The position numbers and the translations under genes are program-made. Positions 45,431-53,570 of a stretch of 64,000 bases of DNA are shown here, in pieces; the first letter of the stretch is position 1, and each line of letters begins with the position of its first letter. The DNA comes from Candidatus Kaiserbacteria bacterium (GTDB lineage: Bacteria; Patescibacteriota; Minisyncoccia; Phycocordibacterales; UBA2100), in the NCBI GenBank assembly GCA_016217925.1, contig JACRFK010000003.1, positions 207,656 to 271,655 of the forward strand, given 5' to 3'. The notes beneath the pieces are model-generated. The model did not search any database. It saw nothing but the letters and a program-made list of their open reading frames with translations, and was not told the origin of the DNA.

Positions 45431-46621
45431 ATGACAAAACAAGTAAAGCCGGATGTTGAGTCGTTCGCACGTATACGAGTTATTGGCGTCGGTGGATCAG
45501 GAGGAAACGCGGTGAATCACATGGTTTCCTCGCACGTGGTCGGCGTTGATTTCATAGCCATCAATACAGATGCGCAAGACCTCCACAAGAACAAAGCGAA
45601 GCGTAAAATCAATATCGGTAAGACTCTCACGCGAGGGCTTGGCGCGGGAATGAACGCAGAGCTTGGCAAGCAGGCGGCTGAAGAAACGCGAGAAGAAATC
45701 CAAGAAGCTATCAAGGGTTCCGATATGGTGTTCATCACCTGCGGTATGGGTGGCGGCACTGGCACGGGTGCCGCGCCGACAGTAGCGAAAATCGCGCGCG
45801 AGCTCGGAGCGCTCACCGTCGGCGTCGTCACGCGCCCGTTCGGATTTGAAGGCCAGCAGCGTATGCGCCTCGCGGAGGCAGGGCTCGCCGAATTGCGCAA
45901 GGCGGTAGATGCGCTCATCATAATTCCCAACGACAAACTTCTCGCTATCGTTTCCCGCGAGACCGGCATCAAAAATGCCTTTGCAATGTGCGACGACATT
46001 CTGAAGCAGGCCGTTGAAGGTATCTCTGATCTCATTACAACGACCGGCATTATTAACGTCGACTTCGCGGACGTGCGTGCCATCATGCACAACGCCGGAA
46101 GCGCGCTTATGGGTATTGGCACCGCGATAGGCGAGCACCGCGCCGAGATGGCGGCCCGCGCAGCTATCAATTCCCCGCTTCTCGAGGTCTCGATAAACGG
46201 AGCCAAGGGCGTTCTCTTCTCAATCGCCGGCGGCGAGGACCTCGGAATGCTCGAAGTGCAGGACGCGGCCAACGTCATTACCGAGGCCATCGATCCGGAT
46301 GCGAAAGTTATCTTCGGTGCTGTTACCGACGACTCGCTCAAGAAGGGCCAGGTACGAGTCACTGTTATCGCGACTGGTTTCCCGGAGGCCGGACAACGCG
46401 CCTCGCTTTTCGCGGGTTCGCAACGTATCGTAGCCAAAAAAGATCAGGATGTACCGCCGGTCAATCCGCGGGCACGTGAGGAGATGAAAAAAATGACTGA
46501 GACTACGGAGAAACACGAAAAGTCAACAGTAAAAGATGCCCCGAAAACAGCCGTCAAAACCCAAGCAGAAGATGACGAGGATAGCTGGGGAGGACTGCCG
46601 TCGTTTTTGCGTCGTAAATAA
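45431..46621 (+). CDS. ftsZ: Cell division protein FtsZ
   Basis: [27 protein letters not shown]-terminal LPSFLRR. Confidence 0.98.
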   Translation: MTKQVKPDVESFARIRVIGVGGSGGNAVNHMVSSHVVGVDFIAINTDAQDLHKNKAKRKINIGKTLTRGLGAGMNAELGKQAAEETREEIQEAIKGSDMVFITCGMGGGTGTGAAPTVAKIARELGALTVGVVTRPFGFEGQQRMRLAEAGLAELRKAVDALIIIPNDKLLAIVSRETGIKNAFAMCDDILKQAVEGISDLITTTGIINVDFADVRAIMHNAGSALMGIGTAIGEHRAEMAARAAINSPLLEVSINGAKGVLFSIAGGEDLGMLEVQDAANVITEAIDPDAKVIFGAVTDDSLKKGQVRVTVIATGFPEAGQRASLFAGSQRIVAKKDQDVPPVNPRAREEMKKMTETTEKHEKSTVKDAPKTAVKTQAEDDEDSWGGLPSFLRRK

Positions 46622-46635
46622 TGTAGAATAGTCCG

Positions 46636-47565
46636 ATGTCGGAGAGCTACGAACTCGGAATTGTGGGCGGCGGCCCCGCAGGGGCCGCCGCAGCTATCTA
46701 CGCCGCGCGCAAACGCTTGAAGACCGTCTTCATCACGAGTGAATGGGGCGGCCAAAGCACAGTCTCGACCGATGTGCAGAATTGGATAGGTACGCCTTCC
46801 ATCTCCGGCACCGAGCTCGCGGCCAACTTGCGCAAACACGTGGAAGCGTACGCCGGTGAATGGCTCACCATCGTCTCCCCCGCACTTGCGACCGGCCTCA
46901 CCACACACGACGACCGCGTTGAGATGACGACGAACAAGGGCGTATTTCAGGCGGGCGCCGTCCTCATCACGACCGGTGCCAACCGTCGCAAACTCGAAGT
47001 GAAAGGTGCGGCGCAGTACGACCAAAAAGGCCTCACCTATTGCGCGAGCTGTGACGGTCCCCTCTTTGCCGACAAAGATGTAGCGGTCATCGGCGGCGGC
47101 AACGCCGCATTTGAAACGGCGCTCCAGCTCCTTGCCTACTGTAAGACCGTGACGCTTTTCAATCGCACCGACACCTTTAGGGCCGACGCGATATCCGTCA
47201 ATGCCGCGCTCACCAACCCAAAAATGCACGTCATAAAGCAGAGCGAGATACTCGAAGTCGTCGGCGACAAATTCATCACGGGCCTGCGTTGGAAAGACTC
47301 ACAAAGCGGCAAAGAAGAGGTCCTCCCCGTTGAGGGTATCTTCGTTGAAATAGGACTCATTCCAAATACCGCGTGGACGGGCAGCGCCGTTGAGAAAAAC
47401 GAAATAGGACAGGTCAAAGTGGACCCCCGCACGCACCAGGCCTCGCACCCGCGCATCTGGGCCGCGGGCGATTGCACCGACGGCCTCTACCACCAAAACA
47501 ACATAGCCGCCGGCGACGCCGTGAAAGCGCTTGAGGATATCTACATGGCGCTGCGGAGGGTTTAG
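46636..47565 (+). CDS. trxB: Thioredoxin reductase/AhpF-like FAD oxidoreductase
   Basis: GGGPAG, YCASCDG, VIGGGNAA, WAAGDC. Confidence 0.88.
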   Translation: MSESYELGIVGGGPAGAAAAIYAARKRLKTVFITSEWGGQSTVSTDVQNWIGTPSISGTELAANLRKHVEAYAGEWLTIVSPALATGLTTHDDRVEMTTNKGVFQAGAVLITTGANRRKLEVKGAAQYDQKGLTYCASCDGPLFADKDVAVIGGGNAAFETALQLLAYCKTVTLFNRTDTFRADAISVNAALTNPKMHVIKQSEILEVVGDKFITGLRWKDSQSGKEEVLPVEGIFVEIGLIPNTAWTGSAVEKNEIGQVKVDPRTHQASHPRIWAAGDCTDGLYHQNNIAAGDAVKALEDIYMALRRV

Positions 47566-48212
47566 GAGGTTATCCGCTTCAAGACCGAAAACGCGCGGTC
47601 GATATCCGCATTGTCGAAAATAATACTGAGTTCCGTTCGCACCGACATTATTTCGACGAAGCTGATGCTCTCGGTCGCGAGCGCTTTCAATATCGGATAG
47701 TACATGCCCGGCACGGTGAGGCTCTCCTCGGGCATACGCATCGTTATCGCCGACAGATTTCCGATTTTCTTTGTGTGTTTTTCACTTGCGAGCGCCGCCG
47801 TTACTTCGGGCTCGAATTCCGAGCTTACGATGATGAGCGACTCGTGGAGCCCGCGCGAAAAATTGAGAAATGTGTCTTTGCGTTTCGATGCGCTTTTGGA
47901 CAGCGTCTCCAATACCCGCGGAAGCGCCTCGGAATTCGCACAGACAAATTCGACGAGGTTGGAACGTACTGTCAGGTCGTTCATCTTTTTCACAAGCTTC
48001 GCGCTGTACAGATTTTGCGCAGGCTTTTTGCGCATGCGATGCAGCGCCATTGCGATAGCGGCCTCGGATACTTTCTCGTAGAGGCGTTTCTCGACATCGG
48101 GACGTATCTTGCGCGCGATTTGCGCATTATTGGCGATACCCTCGGCCATCGCCTCGGCGAGGAATGGCGAGCGTTGGATTATCTCCTCGACGGCCTGGCT
48201 TATCGTTCTCAT
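47562..48212 (-). CDS. ACT-like regulatory protein
   Basis: TISQAVEEII.RSPFL, AIAMALHR, C-terminal ACT-like VEIMS.RTELSIIF. Confidence 0.7.
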   Translation of the reverse strand: MRTISQAVEEIIQRSPFLAEAMAEGIANNAQIARKIRPDVEKRLYEKVSEAAIAMALHRMRKKPAQNLYSAKLVKKMNDLTVRSNLVEFVCANSEALPRVLETLSKSASKRKDTFLNFSRGLHESLIIVSSEFEPEVTAALASEKHTKKIGNLSAITMRMPEESLTVPGMYYPILKALATESISFVEIMSVRTELSIIFDNADIDRAFSVLKRITS

Positions 48213-48308
48213 CCCGCTCTTTCTAGACTGATAATCAAGGGTAGACGAGCATAGGGAGAGAAGACCCGCAGGGGACTGACAAGCCGGACGTGCGATGAAA
48301 GGGCGGGA
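48212..48308. mobile_element. MITE-like inverted-repeat element at the ACT-protein start
   Basis: TCCCGCTCTTTC...GAAAGGGCGGGA with CTCA duplicated at 48208-48211 and 48309-48312. Confidence 0.85.
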
Positions 48309-48448
48309 CTCATTGTCAGGAATATAACAAATTGTTACATATTTGCAATTATACCCACGAAATTTGTTTCCGCGGCTACGTGGCTTCATATTCACCGAGG
48401 GAAACGTTTCCGGACAAAACTGCACATTCACAAGTGAGGGCCAGTGCC

Positions 48449-48802
48449 ATGCTGCATGAGAAATGCTACTTCTTTGGCGTTTCGTTGCCTGTCCAGGCGC
48501 TCGATTACTCGAACGTAATCGTCACCGGTACCCTCGTCAGTCTTCGTACTGACGACATCGGCCCGGAAAACGCCGAAGCCATCGCAACGATACGGGAGGT
48601 GTTACCTGATAAGAAAGCCTTCCGGGTCGTCCGCATCGAGTTATCGGAAGTGAACTCATGGGCGATTATCCGCGGGAAAGGAGAAAACGGGTGCGTTGTC
48701 GGCGGCAGAGTCGTCGGCGAATTGCCCGGATATATCGACGTCCATGTCCCGCTGACGCTGCTCGTTCCTGCAATTCAACATACCGTCGCCGCCCCCGGTT
48801 AA
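48449..48802 (+). CDS. Hypothetical protein
   Basis: About 117-aa ORF with GAGG SD. Confidence 0.45.
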   Translation: MLHEKCYFFGVSLPVQALDYSNVIVTGTLVSLRTDDIGPENAEAIATIREVLPDKKAFRVVRIELSEVNSWAIIRGKGENGCVVGGRVVGELPGYIDVHVPLTLLVPAIQHTVAAPG

Positions 48803-48825
48803 AGGGGCGGCAAAACTACTTTCAT

Positions 48826-49248
48826 ATGAACCAAGATTTTTCAAAAAGATTTGCTATTGTCGTGCGACACGACCTTGAGCCGTGGCAAATTACCAACGTC
48901 ATCGCACACATTGCCGCAAAGCTTGGGCGCGTGGTGGAGCAATTCGACACGGGCGATTATTTCACCATGAAAGACGGATTTTCGATGCCGCGTAATTCTC
49001 AATATCCGATAATTGTTCTGCGAGTCGGCTTTAGCCGTGACCTCCAAGCGCTTCTTGCGGCCGTACAGGCCGCCCAACTACCCTATCTCGCATTTGTCCG
49101 CGAAATGCTCGATTTTAATGAGGATGAGAAATTACAAGAAGCCCTCAGCAAGAAAGATGCATCAGAGGTGGAGTATCTCGGAATCGGAATGTTCGGAGAA
49201 AATCAGGAGGTCAAACAACTGACCAAGGGCTTCGATCTCTGGAAATAG
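48826..49248 (+). CDS. DUF2000-like (PTH2-fold) protein
   Basis: FAIVVRHDL.PWQ.TNV.AH, S.YPIIVL, EVEYLGIGMFG...VKQLT. Confidence 0.7.
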   Translation: MNQDFSKRFAIVVRHDLEPWQITNVIAHIAAKLGRVVEQFDTGDYFTMKDGFSMPRNSQYPIIVLRVGFSRDLQALLAAVQAAQLPYLAFVREMLDFNEDEKLQEALSKKDASEVEYLGIGMFGENQEVKQLTKGFDLWK

Positions 49249-49249
49249 A

Positions 49250-50221
49250 CTAGTGCCTGAAATGCCGGATGTCGGTCGTCACCATTGCGATGTTTGCCTT
49301 GTCTGCGGCATCGATTGAATCTTGGTCTTTGAGCGACCCGCCGGGCTGAATAATAGCGGTCGCGCCCACGCGCGCGGCTTCTTCCACACAATCGGGGAAC
49401 GGGAAGAATGCGTCCGAGGCCATGACCGCTCCTTTTAAACCATGAGATGACATCTCATTGGCTTTCATGGCTGCTATCTTTGCGCTCACGATGCGGCTCA
49501 TTTGGCCTGCGCCGATGCCGACCGTGGCACCATTTTTGGCATACACAATTGCGTTGGATTTCACGTGTTTGCAGACGGTAAAGGCAAACATCATGTCGGA
49601 AAGTTCTTCGGCAGTCGGCGCACGTTTGGTGACCGTTTTTACTTCCCCGTCGAAAACCATATTGTCAGCATCCTGCACAAGGAATCCTCCCGCGATAGAG
49701 CGCGCCGTAACCCTCTTCTCCGCGGCATCCGGCATCGTCCCCGTGAGAAGCACGCGGACATTGGGCTTGGCGGAAAGAATCGCGAGCGCGTCCTCTTCCG
49801 CGTCGGGTGCGATGACGACTTCGAGAAATATCTGAACCAATTCGGTCGCGAGCACTGCGGTCAGTTTGGAATTAAGAGCTACGATACCGCCGAAGGCTGA
49901 AACCTTGTCGCACGCGAGCGCACGTAGATATGCCTCTTGGACACTCTCACCCACCGCGACGCCGCAGGGATTCATGTGCTTGACGATGACGCAGGCCGGC
50001 TCGTCGAATTCCGCCACGCACTCGAACGCCGCGTCGGCATCCTGCAGATTGTTGTAGCTCAGTTCTTTGCCCTGCACCTTGCGCGCTGTGGCGACACCCG
50101 GGCGCTTGTCGTTTGGATTGAGGTAGAGAGCACCCCCCTGGTGAGCATTTTCGCCGTAGCGCAGCACCTCGGCCCGCTTGAGGTTGAGCCGCATCTCCTC
50201 GGGAAACTCTGTATCTGTCAT
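49250..50221 (-). CDS. purH: AICAR transformylase domain of PurH (no IMP cyclohydrolase domain)
   Basis: [58 protein letters not shown]. Confidence 0.9.
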   Translation of the reverse strand: MTDTEFPEEMRLNLKRAEVLRYGENAHQGGALYLNPNDKRPGVATARKVQGKELSYNNLQDADAAFECVAEFDEPACVIVKHMNPCGVAVGESVQEAYLRALACDKVSAFGGIVALNSKLTAVLATELVQIFLEVVIAPDAEEDALAILSAKPNVRVLLTGTMPDAAEKRVTARSIAGGFLVQDADNMVFDGEVKTVTKRAPTAEELSDMMFAFTVCKHVKSNAIVYAKNGATVGIGAGQMSRIVSAKIAAMKANEMSSHGLKGAVMASDAFFPFPDCVEEAARVGATAIIQPGGSLKDQDSIDAADKANIAMVTTDIRHFRH

Positions 50222-50230
50222 CTCAACAGT

Positions 50231-50728
50231 TTACTCAACAACGACAATTTTACCAAACGCTCCCACACTTCGATGATCGTGGAACGGCCATGTGCCAACT
50301 TTGTCGAATGTGAACGTGTAGCTCGTTCCTGCCGCACATTGGTCAAACGACGGTACTGCTCCAGCGGCACAGTGTGCATTTCTTGTCGTTCCATCGTAAT
50401 TCGTGTGTTCCGGATGCGGACCGGAAGCAACCCACATGGTGCTCGGTCCATTAAACGTCACTGTGCCGCCCTTTTTGATAGTCACTTCCGATGGGGAAAA
50501 ACTTGACCCATTGTAGGTAACTACCGCCGACGTCGGTGTGGTGTCCACCACCGCATCCCCTCCGACCAGTGTTCCCGTGTCGCCGGTCGGCGTTGTGTTC
50601 GTCTCTCCGCTTAGCTGGGTCGAATTATCCGCTGTGGGCACTGCCGCCGGCTGGCTTGTAAACCACCAGGCACCTGCCGCGATAATAAGTAGCGCGATTA
50701 TGACCGCTATCCATCCATTTTGAGACAT
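50231..50728 (-). CDS. Membrane-anchored cupredoxin/plastocyanin-like protein
   Basis: N-terminal TM, Thr-rich linker, FSPSEVTIKKG, WVASGPHP.H, FTFDKVGTW.FHDH. Confidence 0.8.
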   Translation of the reverse strand: MSQNGWIAVIIALLIIAAGAWWFTSQPAAVPTADNSTQLSGETNTTPTGDTGTLVGGDAVVDTTPTSAVVTYNGSSFSPSEVTIKKGGTVTFNGPSTMWVASGPHPEHTNYDGTTRNAHCAAGAVPSFDQCAAGTSYTFTFDKVGTWPFHDHRSVGAFGKIVVVE

Positions 50729-50798
50729 AACAAAATTGTACATGTAAACCTCTACTACTAAATTGACACTGAGTATAGCACCCTACCTCGTGAACGTT

Positions 50799-51437
50799 CT
50801 ATGAGGATTTTGTGGATTCCTTCGAGAGAAAATCCTTCCCGTGGCCTATATCCGTATTGACGGGAATGTTGCCTTCACAGAGCTCGCACTCACCGGCGTC
50901 CCAAGAGTCCAGATGGACGTTGAGCAATTGATCGAAGACGGGCGGATTGCCCACGCTCTCTTTCGTCACGTCGCCACGGTTGCAGATGGCTATTGCTCCG
51001 ACGACATCGGCCCCCGTCGCGCGCGCTGCGTCGACCACTTTTTTTATAGAACCACCGGTCGTCGTCAGATCTTCAACGACGAGCGTCTTCTTGCCTTTGA
51101 TGATCTGATCATATCCGCGCTTGATGATGAATCCTCCCTGCCCGTCTTTGTCCGCATACACGCCGTAGACCTCACGGCCCGTGAGTTCTGAGAGGTGATA
51201 GGCTGTCCACTGCGCGAGAATGGCCGCGCCGATGGCGGGGCCGATGACGGCCTCTACGCAGGCATCCTTGAATCGCTCAGCCATCGCCCGGCACACCTGC
51301 GACGTCTCGCGCGTGTACGCATACATCGCATCTTTGAGAATGTAGGAGCCCGCATGCCTGCCGGAGGTAAGCACGAAATGTCCCGCGCGGAACGCGCCGA
51401 CTTTTTGCAGGAGCTCAAGCACTTCGTCTTCGTTCAT
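50799..51437 (-). CDS. pyrE: Orotate phosphoribosyltransferase
   Basis: GHFVLTSGRH, LVVEDLTTTGGS; adjacent to pyrF. Confidence 0.9.
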   Translation of the reverse strand: MNEDEVLELLQKVGAFRAGHFVLTSGRHAGSYILKDAMYAYTRETSQVCRAMAERFKDACVEAVIGPAIGAAILAQWTAYHLSELTGREVYGVYADKDGQGGFIIKRGYDQIIKGKKTLVVEDLTTTGGSIKKVVDAARATGADVVGAIAICNRGDVTKESVGNPPVFDQLLNVHLDSWDAGECELCEGNIPVNTDIGHGKDFLSKESTKSS

Positions 51438-51443
51438 AAGCGA

Positions 51444-52280
51444 CTATTGTACAAGGGCGGCCTTAATCGCGCCATGTAGCGCTGTGGCTTTCTCCCGGGC
51501 CGCTTGTGCAAAATCCGCTCCGCTTGAAGCGAATATGACCGCGCGCGACGCAGCGATTATTATTCCCCTTCCGCGATCGTCCTTCCCCGCTTTCACTGTC
51601 TTCTCCAGGTCACCGTTTTGGGCTCCTATTCCGGGAATAAGGATGGGCATGTCGCCGACGGTTTTGCGCACTTCGGCCAGCTCCTCCAGGTATGTTGCGC
51701 CGACGACGAGTGCGCAGTTCCCGTTCTCGTTCCACTTTTCCGCGACGTGGCGCGCGACAATCGAATAGAGCGGTTCGCCACCTACCTGAAGGTCTTGAAA
51801 CTCCCCTGCGCCCTCGTTTGAAGTGCGGCACCAGACGACGACACCTTTGTCTTTGCGTTCAAGAAAAGGCGAGAGTGCCTCGCGGCCGGGGTACGGATTG
51901 ACGGTGATGGCATCTGCGTGCAAGTGGTCGAATGCTGCCGCAGCGTAGCCGTTGTTGGTATTGCCGATGTCCGCCCGTTTCGCGTCGAGGATGACGGGTA
52001 ACTCCGGCGCGACTTCATGTATATATTGGATGGTCTCGCGGAGCGCTTGCCAACCTTCGTCGCCATGAGCTTCGTAAAAAGCGCTGTTGAGCTTGAAGGC
52101 GCACACGAGGTCCTTCGTCGCATCTACAATGGCGCGGTTGAAGTATACGAGGCTTTCTCTTGTGCCGTCGATATGTGCAGACTCCGGTATTTTCTCAAAA
52201 TCACTATCGAGCCCTACACAGAGAAATTTGCCCTGCTCCCATTTGGCCTCCAAGAGCTGCCTGAAGTTCCTGCCGTTCAT
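51444..52280 (-). CDS. pyrF: Orotidine-5'-phosphate decarboxylase
   Basis: LCVGLD, DAKRADIGNT, RTSN, VVGAT, LIPGIGAQ. Confidence 0.95.
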   Translation of the reverse strand: MNGRNFRQLLEAKWEQGKFLCVGLDSDFEKIPESAHIDGTRESLVYFNRAIVDATKDLVCAFKLNSAFYEAHGDEGWQALRETIQYIHEVAPELPVILDAKRADIGNTNNGYAAAAFDHLHADAITVNPYPGREALSPFLERKDKGVVVWCRTSNEGAGEFQDLQVGGEPLYSIVARHVAEKWNENGNCALVVGATYLEELAEVRKTVGDMPILIPGIGAQNGDLEKTVKAGKDDRGRGIIIAASRAVIFASSGADFAQAAREKATALHGAIKAALVQ

Positions 52281-52333
52281 TGGAGAACATACTACCATTC
52301 CGCACAAAAATATACAGCAAACCGCTATCGTGA

Positions 52334-52362
52334 GACCCAATGAGATGACATCTCATTGGGTC
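52334..52362. repeat. Palindrome (CAATGAGATG family)
   Basis: GACCCAATGAGATG-A-CATCTCATTGGGTC. Confidence 0.75.
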
Positions 52363-52377
52363 GTCCCCCCTCAAGAT

Positions 52378-52938
52378 TTAGCTAATCGACTTTCGACGCA
52401 AATGGAGGATGCCGACTAGAGTTGCAAACACCAGAACGACAGTCGGAAAGAAGCTTTGAGCCAAAGTCAACGAGCCGGCTGCAAAAATATTCGTAGCCGC
52501 AGCAAACGCTCCAACGAACCAGTTCCAGCCTTGTCCGCGTTCAGGATGTCGAAAGGCATCTATAACAGTCGGAATTCCTGCTACACAATACTTTCCAAGA
52601 GTAAGACTCAATAACGCAACTATCGGTCCGGCGATATACCACAACCCAAGACAGGCTAAGGTGATAAGAGTACAGATAGTCTCAAGCGTTCCCCAGCGCC
52701 ACACACCTTTGAAAAAGAGAGCAGTCGTGACCAGAACTGCCCCGACGGCGAATCCTACGGAGAGGAAGGGGGCCGGTGCTCCTCCCGCCAGAGATGCTGC
52801 AAGTACTGCAGTGTCGATAATGGACCATAGAAGCCACGTGGCGATATTGAGGTGCATCGTACCCCTCCATATTCCCCATATCCATACGAATTGGGACGCG
52901 AGAGCTACAAAACCGCCAACGAGTGCAAGGGTATACAT
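52378..52938 (-). CDS. Multi-pass membrane protein (PQ-loop-like), paralog 1
   Basis: About 6 TMs; ATWLLWS, GIPTVIDAFRHP; lower GC. Confidence 0.7.
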   Translation of the reverse strand: MYTLALVGGFVALASQFVWIWGIWRGTMHLNIATWLLWSIIDTAVLAASLAGGAPAPFLSVGFAVGAVLVTTALFFKGVWRWGTLETICTLITLACLGLWYIAGPIVALLSLTLGKYCVAGIPTVIDAFRHPERGQGWNWFVGAFAAATNIFAAGSLTLAQSFFPTVVLVFATLVGILHLRRKSIS

Positions 52939-52955
52939 AGTTTGGTTGTTTCGAA

Positions 52956-53558
52956 CTAATTATATACGTTTGTCCGTCCGGCAAGTTGCCTGCGGCGAAT
53001 GAGGAGCGTTGCGACAAGCGTGGTGTCGAGCAGAGAGATGACGGCGGGATAGAGAACCGTTGTCAACGAAAGTGTTTGAAGCGCGATGATTGAGAATATC
53101 CAATGAGACGCGCTGAGGGTGTACATGGAGACAGTTTCTTCGTACGGCTTAGTATACGACTTGCGCAACGTCGGGGCGAAACCGAGCGCGTCCGCACTTA
53201 TGACCAAGAGGACGGCCAGAAGCGGCTGGTCGGCCAAAAGCCACATGCCGGTCGCGAGGAGTGCCGCGCCAAAACAAATCCAATCAACGCGGGTTATATC
53301 TTTTTCGCCCCGTGTATACGAGAGAACTGCGACGCCCAAACAACTCAACGACTCGACTCCCGCGACCCACGCACCCGCGCCCCCACCCTCGCTGAACTGA
53401 ATTAAAGACGTCAACCCCGTAAGAAGTGTCCAAACAATCCAGGTGAAAATGTGCGGTTTCGTTTTCCCCCTGAAAATATCTTTGAAATAGAAAACGAAGC
53501 TCAAGAGGCCGAGTGCGGAACCGGCCGCGGCAAAAACGACATGGTAGTCATACACCAC
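52956..53558 (-). CDS. Multi-pass membrane protein (PQ-loop-like), paralog 2
   Basis: KTKPHIFTWIVW, FAPTLRKSYTKPYEE. Confidence 0.8.
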   Translation of the reverse strand: MVYDYHVVFAAAGSALGLLSFVFYFKDIFRGKTKPHIFTWIVWTLLTGLTSLIQFSEGGGAGAWVAGVESLSCLGVAVLSYTRGEKDITRVDWICFGAALLATGMWLLADQPLLAVLLVISADALGFAPTLRKSYTKPYEETVSMYTLSASHWIFSIIALQTLSLTTVLYPAVISLLDTTLVATLLIRRRQLAGRTNVYN

Positions 53559-53570
53559 CCGCGCATTATC

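Noticed and set aside
48215-48310. Amino-acid riboswitch upstream of the ACT protein
   Set aside because: Explained by the IR element with its TSD; no aptamer consensus is recognisable.
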